Source: Guillardia theta CCMP2712 (Eukaryota > Protista > Cryptophyta). Taken from it: DNA of 64,000 nt. The notes beneath the pieces were generated by a model. It did not search any database. It was not told the DNA's origin and saw nothing but the letters and a program-made list of their open reading frames with translations. Positions 63,401-64,000 of the stretch are shown in pieces. Location of the stretch: contig NW_005434664.1 of the NCBI RefSeq assembly GCF_000315625.1, positions 1 to 64,000 on the forward strand, written 5' to 3'. Positions within the stretch are counted from its first letter, which is position 1; every line of letters starts with the position of its first letter. The translations under genes were made by a program, and so were the position numbers.

Positions 63401-64000
63401 GCAAGGACTACGATGGATTCCGATGTTGAGAGCGTGTTGGGATTCCTCGGATCCACGATTGGAAATGCAGCTCCTCTTTACATTCAAGATCAAGGATTCA
63501 TTGCTTTGGAAATCAGCCAGAGTCAAAAAATGCCAGACAAGATCAATTACTTGACAATCGGTTTTGCCTCCAACATAGATATAGCTGTTCATGAAAACAG
63601 TGCGATTCGTTTCGAAATCACAGGGATGAATCTATTCCATCTAAAGAATTTGTGCGATCCGAACAGTTTGTTGTGTCCCCTGGAACTTTCTGGTACGTAT
63701 GCGCATATGTTTGAAGACATCACGTCAAATCAATCTGCGATTGCCAATTACAACATTTCAAGCAATATTGTGTACCTGAACCCTACAGCTTCAATTCAAT
63801 CCAACAAACTGATTGAAGTGGTCATCAAGGTATATAACCCACCCTTGAGTCAAGACTCTCCCACCATGTATATGGCATGCTACAACCTCTCTGCCAACGG
63901 AAATCCCATCCTTCCAAAGACGGCTGCAAAAAGCAGTCAACTTCCTTTCTACAAGAATTATACAATTTTACGCTCAAACATATCCAGTGAACCAAGTACT
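42380..64000 (+). CDS. Giant protein, part 2: frame apparently open for ~7,200 codons to the window end (PA14, filamin/Ig and other repeats)
   Basis: After TAA at 42377-42379, every line I sampled in this frame was open (e.g. FRARWFGWL at ~42485, LLATYY at 50342, IGQSSPWPGANNTL at ~57460). The ORF track lists no terminated ORF in this frame, consistent with no stop before the window end. Confidence 0.85.
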   Translation, partial: MTQNRFSSLGSAGDITWPTESNLPYENYALRDANPFRARWFGWLYTPFLQERFEIHCSIAETDERLRLWLDNIMLIDQWNSLDDLNLSASFRTTDARPISLQLEYQELEGSRKLQVSLKHEDNIMALGGIYAYYENYFKGAEPTSIVVESSSTCASSSIVIGNFLRAKFDKVVEISILAKDSFNNIVTSPSENFGALLVNEDNTTISKFLISEIVNSTFYTKIYGINESMSRVMVMYFSRGYIQIDVGNFSEIFHISSSMCSPVPSGLKNYGSLRWSFYIIPTITGQYTFTSTRLSYEDEISIWLDDHPLILNRLTSCLEREVDIYLCAGCLYSVVLLQSSYSAYHDIPLRWRFETSNEFVCIPPSVIYSSFAVSQGAYELPAGSQLTSNTYSCEGDFLTLTTAGVQASFTLLANREGFASGSGDSSWYLVAWKERNPPLLMFYPAVQQANSSYSIQYMLTLSGWYFTSIKRYIPGGLMFTSTIPSTLTSTRSITLLGFENVLQNGSSCSWEGFLRPTYSELYSFIVDCDNCAPSLIIDNQELFSDAQYSVHRIQSGKVFLNDSQATYIRFQIRYTLSETQLHLYWMSRSQMLQEIPSSRFMYPVETACEQASILNVLPTSNLCKDLAIVTGSSLTLATAGQTMTFSLFLRDTYGNTIQNPSEGGSILKTYLESHEMNVDLYSRPLMQIPVVNINLDSFQKSIGLDTDKFLKSTGIMLEEDLSPDVSFAKVVMNASNFSLLRKNIYIGGEILYVKSFSNLNVIQLVRGILGTYPDSHPKNSRIYSYIGKPESNFAISVQPCKFTLANVFQSNPFPSQLNTLTVILRCNCKLNIADEIILQGMTGSSTNDEYIEVFQEYLVFNQSANWNSTSGTLSLSLTEEMLPDEHYQFSFSLRNSMKGQQAQTINVKTSNRFFSGYLELAFEEYGYARSVIGELQNDFSSNSQVLVFQPTSSVKIGDQLQIDSERFQIVNETVGFFVVESLMEFPHMRPHAKGSLVYQILQGSKEGDSAPMKIYPPTFLLSIISQSTKTPCWTPCTSENLITVNLKLSINLTNRSQLVFSGILNSQTIDAYMTVRLNEYGRNISANETILHVLSPVNVTLQQGQFLRIEQELLVIRSINKETLSQNFSVITILDSWLNLFLPNTYAKLHNGIIVLGNDNFGIGESFLVQHIEWGDSLPGHLDTIQYLDATLLVNGIDTAQTEISVTKLDMRRLQVNCFLALNDEIVKVVSILYGTNTIEVARAQAGTSAQTHTSDSIVSVERYFILMQDLNETSTTLTLNYDFVQSVRAGEVLQVLDESILVQNVAVIEDETSMKYSISCLRAYGTSTSSSYQSSTPVVKVERSSLSMSLNENQTKLHILSNLSVATSVRSFLKIGNEVVKVLGVNGTEIVIQRAQGNTRATYHVQGENIHVLPCSALDLANASVLEYDTSRFQVVPGVIDIRQGSIIQIGAETIRVLDVSNYTVTVSRGELGTSATRHTNGDLVCLIPHTYLDLRFSGNLSSASTVIPVISVLAADIFEGSFIMIESEILFVSKITDDNHLEVVRGQNGTLASEHDYRSSIAIITSSKIITRDVLSVERGQGSTVASSHPDLAKASLVVPIFDLANVESGFGQWRQKEGELIFHTKADNLVAAGTEFSFQFNLKNPKAANPGNVVFVSMIEDQKNVIYPTPMNSGLNFFVIDNPTFDVAQYSYGFQSSRTYIHLTLRSNVDLEGPAIVRIYFADSQMFDGILLVLLSDGSSPFGGEASWDSVLFALKLHINDTQKLIAGVVYNTSLLINRKDETLTQPTIEAYSERSGLRILRQNLQKTGYDYPCQMYVQSDQNLTNTSDILPYAMIYQNSSFPGEMNKITVMLCSSITLEGTIIFIEGLRGSTTIDSILYLQYEPEDGISRCPFNANATWSNAAGRCVMQLESNVSLIAGTLCKISFVIRNNISSQIAQKPYIGVAALSGKYEMRTATQLSTSMFGSFYNLPMLIQRASFLYLALQQDSTFPNSKNNVIFSLMTNCKLKGTDNSSFKIRLTQLTFSTSQAIHVTYVPVMKGLVLDIISNSVYRLSFDIMMLKVDFKNYYIFIRTNMSGIFGSQIHVRSVISLSRDGIVTLNASVPDLVSRISEYWVQYYLENPLEPIAEVDLNQKLITLRLLSNAYIEAGVISSFSIQVVNLPFQSFPSSIFVEAGGSFEISPRRYEYDSLGIPRTLIAYLNGSYNISETILDFLHPRFDNISVGHYIQVDSELMIVLDVIGNILSVRRGCMGTISQPHQDGAQVYLALLGSSFGDSEPFRVFEPKFIRADIGQSRIDTGVSNSICVTFALNVDIFVSENFTIKIGNLSGITHPIGPIPIYSCDDLRIPSHSASMDIEFSSLSVNLEFNLHKGISYAFGFDVVNPTTPQSSPDIYIMAVGPYNVKMSYFQTILPNLPVISRFRLTVQVENWWTTEIFVPENHDLPLYSYVRIGDELMTIVESTEREVIVQRCVHNTVCTKHIAGETVFAYAVGARIGDSRPLQVRNGFIFGMLRQSSPNPSELDTIELSLIFVAKPNSTQKIVISGLIGFEDSSNSQYPIFVKQRNESSTAFGSFAVWSREHGSMTVSFTMNDSSALHPFQISFTLQNPIPTNQRMDRVEFSQVNGTNIYQATPQVASMFDFFLGSKIEGLLATYYVDSSLDNPSCNIEAASIGGNLNPCPTSYMGFSTYSRLQGYLNVESAVYATCNFVFGSAMDRARLWIENVLLIDQWDSLETITTSIKTDLTAHETYFRLEQQVLPTGTGNAISWYDVRGNGLNATFDFIRLFVSELQITIYPAFPCASTSSCTGSSLSIQTAGIQATFTLVVRDEFGNVRYQQTDQIFSFGVLSYFKLADNSTPLRPLVKVNLGRFHYEYLNTRAVEQKIYSCIALSGGLFATYYQNWLPHTTSIDSTLDFSRDVSIEQAAHWPNSQLSFNTINGAFEARWQGFVRSKLFSLHTFYVNFGATRDPMDRIKVWIDNKIVVEQWSSLQSAFITGTISLQNPETLYEINIEYRNGGNSQSYLQLFWNFDEDYNSGIFVISSSRLYSCHLVRNSPFNVRTVANVVSPDQSLISTNNLPFENVGQRVNITIQLKDAYGNNITSNAFPFEGHEVGIACRVSDISSTHDLQEYRSCAVLHVGKCSLIGSCDNSYILGEVLKRNINISLSLFINGGLTETTYRDLNLSSPVNALVIENIDFSFDRHSPREGSNIPNDFFSLRWSGGVRTEYADHYTFKIETSPTIGMDGGLRPYTYIRLDDETMQTLTVENTSFTGSILSRINLYRQVFPFSKSVHKLGTQMQVVMPIFELPLLKGRFFLTNFTNFLTIEQDMERIQFDSLRIIRIDYDGDPETQEDAEVRIITSVSNMHTLQLEEALKYQIIPNVSTYEIFSAFDRIFQNLGDWTRSDGNLTLKMKPGTSLLNDIDENTQDLILLDTISPQIVSGSYIVIDDEILLVLNIIENKVFSMRGQMKTARAKHSAGTLVATCLAPGRIYSFAFPLQNKDSEQSGQTIHVVTKGAANVSEVYDEDINATLPFLLSQKGDTSPMKTYGLSFLVKNIGQSSTGPCASYDPTLWCFQGNEITITIAFNHKLGSGSMISVTGLTGSQTETADDREIILLHNIKSNDTDATVNVLSNLSITSGSFWKIDEELILVTKVACSDMSHCSLKMVRAQANTAATFHSALTSFRQRLPIFDKPLIEGIIINANSDSVVSVKFDSSDIAPLMNLSNYVIQVDFDGDPSTPDVETSLISKQISSELYLYQGLSQMPSNESRFQILSKSSILFGQSSTWYRETGNLSLKVGDGLVGMKLEKSMDSKNNTLCIQNVNSELDMRGLYVQIDEEIILLIAQEGNCFISLRGAANSLITGHSQLARVDAIMMAGVVYKFSFQLTNSWNAQDSLPIYIQTHGNIDSTRERMIRDQISLTSDMGSIPGDAAPLKTYKGFVSGGKDIGQNNPNPGSLNTLTVTLGMNLFLASNNISDLGNVVIEGLSGSASPDGDLEILDSSFLIEQGHLSKIDHQNPSRVLFLASNASKFSGAYVGFRISVQTGAFPAEERMIVQYLSREVTLDNELVHLPSIDSTYQIFSLASTVLNLQGTWSQAEGRLELSVKPGRAFYPDVLYSFYFTLLNPVSFPNNVKQESPRIFISANGTAHIPRTEMQRDFARILDQLAAQPGDALPLRLYNNRFRKALLFQNSTIPFGTNNIKVLISTNVPLSSRIPNSLIIAGLSSMRCSSFVEIFNYPVQTGQIGKVFSQSEFELLPFSSYLQNISQSYVISIQNESRVIQLAMDGSRVKVFYSFSNNVTERDHYEISLNVENTIAHHARCDEHLGTVEISFQDISYLAESVNLSSSIILIENVSTFEVGVGSFLQINQEIVQVLTISGHALIVHRGLGSSLLSSHQIGDVVSKILPPDLGIIIAFNLFNPSQVVTNQSQITIKATAPLRSIEVDSFGRGYIDGSVLLYGGDGYGASAVFSVFPNGSIGATEITNVGHGFTLAPNATLEYFKGSLTSSATSYDQILNVSNLLQCNFVVGALLVIEGEIVQVAEIDIAGSSLRVDRGIQGTLAMFHPQNVEVRWLRNLMTNSITHIKIISTGLNFVSGSIRVLGGCDPAVCSQAYAIFEVDTNGSVTNIEIYDHGAGYLRDPADDYDPTYKPYVIEVLYADSGSIQMNSISDLQILGSNMTGCSAGIHIYALSGGGYRFDAVVSAAQDGAITAITVLDHGVGYQQDPDLVSDDSACKCNGRDSSITGVLNECLKVRRASGLSLEAVRASGALVHALVDYGTIPKTGFSSSILVQNPHFEGTISQQTDAPNSLNVISITFSANFAISAGTIIEFSGFEQRNIFVLSAKIKLNSIRSRSSFFIDDSSLQEDDAYLGYLMEINGEIREIVKYTQARSVTVYPSFSNSPLEGTKFMIWLAGNNASINTCVSESTSSLCRSFSPISNDQTGMGNWDESAKSLKLMAVAWIPAFENITISFQVMNRNQLTSSLIQIQSQGNESVPPQVLNSSTALPISFAQFTTKSIGQSSPWPGANNTLSLTLASNVLLSYDEVISIKISNLTGAVINSQHFALTDRALYTGVVISVYNQSAIQIDNRCDSYQYYRIFFDIDGIDSTQSDRYSDIIQNCMDGSVVLLTKDLPVQANSNSTYAIYGASAKIFGYHGFWDLNDTTATFTFVEDVQMKEDISESSNTFELDSVDLIEKGMFLRIDSEIMQITDLINQSVYVLRGLYNSVATIHSKETKSYPILPATMKILFSFDLQNFEYPQESPNIYIRAIPRIYGFTFLQSGSNFIPGIIQITSIGRRGIEETVASFSFYVAYSIATAKVISSGVNCTPSNITAVDGDGQGFSGRVLATAGAIYSVEIFNQGNNYLYVPSGNCSGNCICVQNQAICDDALDTNNSCICRLPSARITDQYTSCRDYQIELSLSGTLPIKSGTLQYFKRNETQSSYGGSLNAKFLYEGFRRCGMDDVLKSDCLQESTITSVSFQNYGTGYTSAEIRTGGPELGFLATIGVNLNGSLQPETLVIENHGSGYSVGATGILFYPGTQDQMENTITSIVIIASGSNYIDGNLLAVGESTTTPFQGTYTVNGNGSIAGTTIKSRGIYRSSDPSILMTYPFSSACAIDNSACTSTVQDKTITGMVIRTKGSGYLPGRIIAIGGGGTGFEANFDVDAQGGISAIYFQQASSHGSNYVEDPEYFVILYLDTSLCNYSLALNNSICTQEGSIASVRYTQFQLPDLPLYPVEYVQAYTDCSNTSNCTSSKNCSLDPNCTGQGFQGLCKIVKGYQGSGEDLIIEVSVSDHGVGYSCLDPPKVFCDGYDQVFEAVVPCGASVIPKRADGGILQAIRAHGASFKLHVAGGSQALIIVSPADIQPQELQADRSSILSWISSVKGDAAPLRILKKGLILALGSQSTAYPEAYNTLQFSFAINFQPKWPFILQVSGLIGTETASTIGAPSAYLIQDISSYDQSLYLNTRISSELPQTSHGYIRVDQEIMMIVNIKENMLQVIRAIGNSVASEHSNQTNITFVLPINPVREFLCEGTIAWLDTTVSNTTFRVAGCYMQNEITMSLQISLVVGPLAESRNVISYHNGIVVVSHEFSFSFEVGTEFKLYSLVSLDYSSTKLWNRASGILQLQFELPIVTNITYSFAIIVKNTNSFQSTKTNISILTSMSVYEAELQPICCQVQSQFPSREVTTLQYPVGKSDHEIYVQNGSDPGLSVGGLIFVGEEIMRIVGANGSMLQVERGINFSLVQGYIEQVDPSVPELNFQLSSNASTIQGAYIGFEIIVTTIFGSEETRIITGYSAQRFVEISDPLDLKPIALRSKFEIVTNSKWTPQLHPDKSPVWLIQTGGSPGDRTVLKIYGSQFNYKIASQTNPYPAARNTIIITLSANVELSKSASISLSGFLGAFDIQDSLQIFDFPSLDQDNYFSSFMNRSNVGYGNWNDRTKNLTLFLIQPLPAGKIYRFSFNIYNPIDSQLSPSIVVETRVGIDFVEVQNTGIGYIAGEIFAVGGGAYDWASWCNPACGGSGFEGTFTVEKVKEYVDTQNQPREIFGISSVELTNHGYAFNSLPSIIPYYLGGFLNMSLQATSTSLKLNSEDVAKLGIVPDCQLLLENEIVLVQYVDGNNLTISRAQEGTIADSHPEGTRVYPYPPEMENSITSLVVLDEGINYIPGIIVLENAVHGFGFRARFNVSDGKIKQDLITLSRHGSGFLVDPFAEPYYVDTAEKMTDSIVSIDILQPGRGYTVGVIGATDINGSNFSASFEVSSGIFDAQNSSIVFARDRGQIVNVGILQHGTNYTRNANLQILYPGSSVLMTQSLTEVLQYSFADVNLEGCRVIADVIHAEDSTGNGLRAVAQHVTSKAFLLEPYSFIVKSIGQTCDFPNARNYISLTLVTNTRLTSGTTISIFGLTGTASETLNLANFKDYECNQAIMQCPSRLFDFGNAIWSMQSGFLSFSIAEGQNFEPYHAYKFTMAVLNGPQAQDSPTVRIAADGENSIARTTMDSDVESVLGFLGSTIGNAAPLYIQDQGFIALEISQSQKMPDKINYLTIGFASNIDIAVHENSAIRFEITGMNLFHLKNLCDPNSLLCPLELSGTYAHMFEDITSNQSAIANYNISSNIVYLNPTASIQSNKLIEVVIKVYNPPLSQDSPTMYMACYNLSANGNPILPKTAAKSSQLPFYKNYTILRSNISSEPST

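Noticed and set aside
42787-63592. Numerous short ORFs in the track, suggesting non-coding or pseudogenic DNA
   Set aside because: All lie in alternative frames or on the opposite strand of one long open frame that lacks a stop inside the window.

Overview
Gene-dense eukaryotic nuclear DNA with ~45-60 nt spliceosomal introns and Arabidopsis-type telomere repeats (CCCTAAA on +), so the chromosome end lies to the left. The style suggests a unicellular alga such as a cryptophyte (inference). Bases 1-4270 are a telomeric array: two head-to-tail, ~99.5% identical copies (period 2703 bp) of a ~2.66 kb element embedded in (CCCTAAA)n tracts. On the minus (G-rich) strand the complete copy has one intronless ~716-743 aa ORF with RRM-like segments and no RT or endonuclease motifs, a 3' UTR with 76-bp hairpin repeats, AATAAA and a (TAA)n tail joined to telomere repeats. 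This looks like an ORF1-only, telomere-targeted non-LTR retroelement and is the best candidate for an undescribed system. A diverged remnant of its 5' end lies between two further telomeric tracts. Bases 4.3-36.7 kb hold intron-rich genes: patatin lipase, M13 peptidase, DEAH helicase, KIAA1324/ELAPOR-like protein, Cys-rich membrane protein, ATD-less iGluR, WD40 protein, SMYD methyltransferase, tRNA-Gly, RBM34/Nop12 and hypotheticals. From 36.7 kb to the window end is an essentially intronless giant gene (>9,000 codons, one frame break near 42.4 kb) made of filamin/Ig, PA14, YHYH and other repeated modules. Ends of intron-containing genes were estimated by eye.
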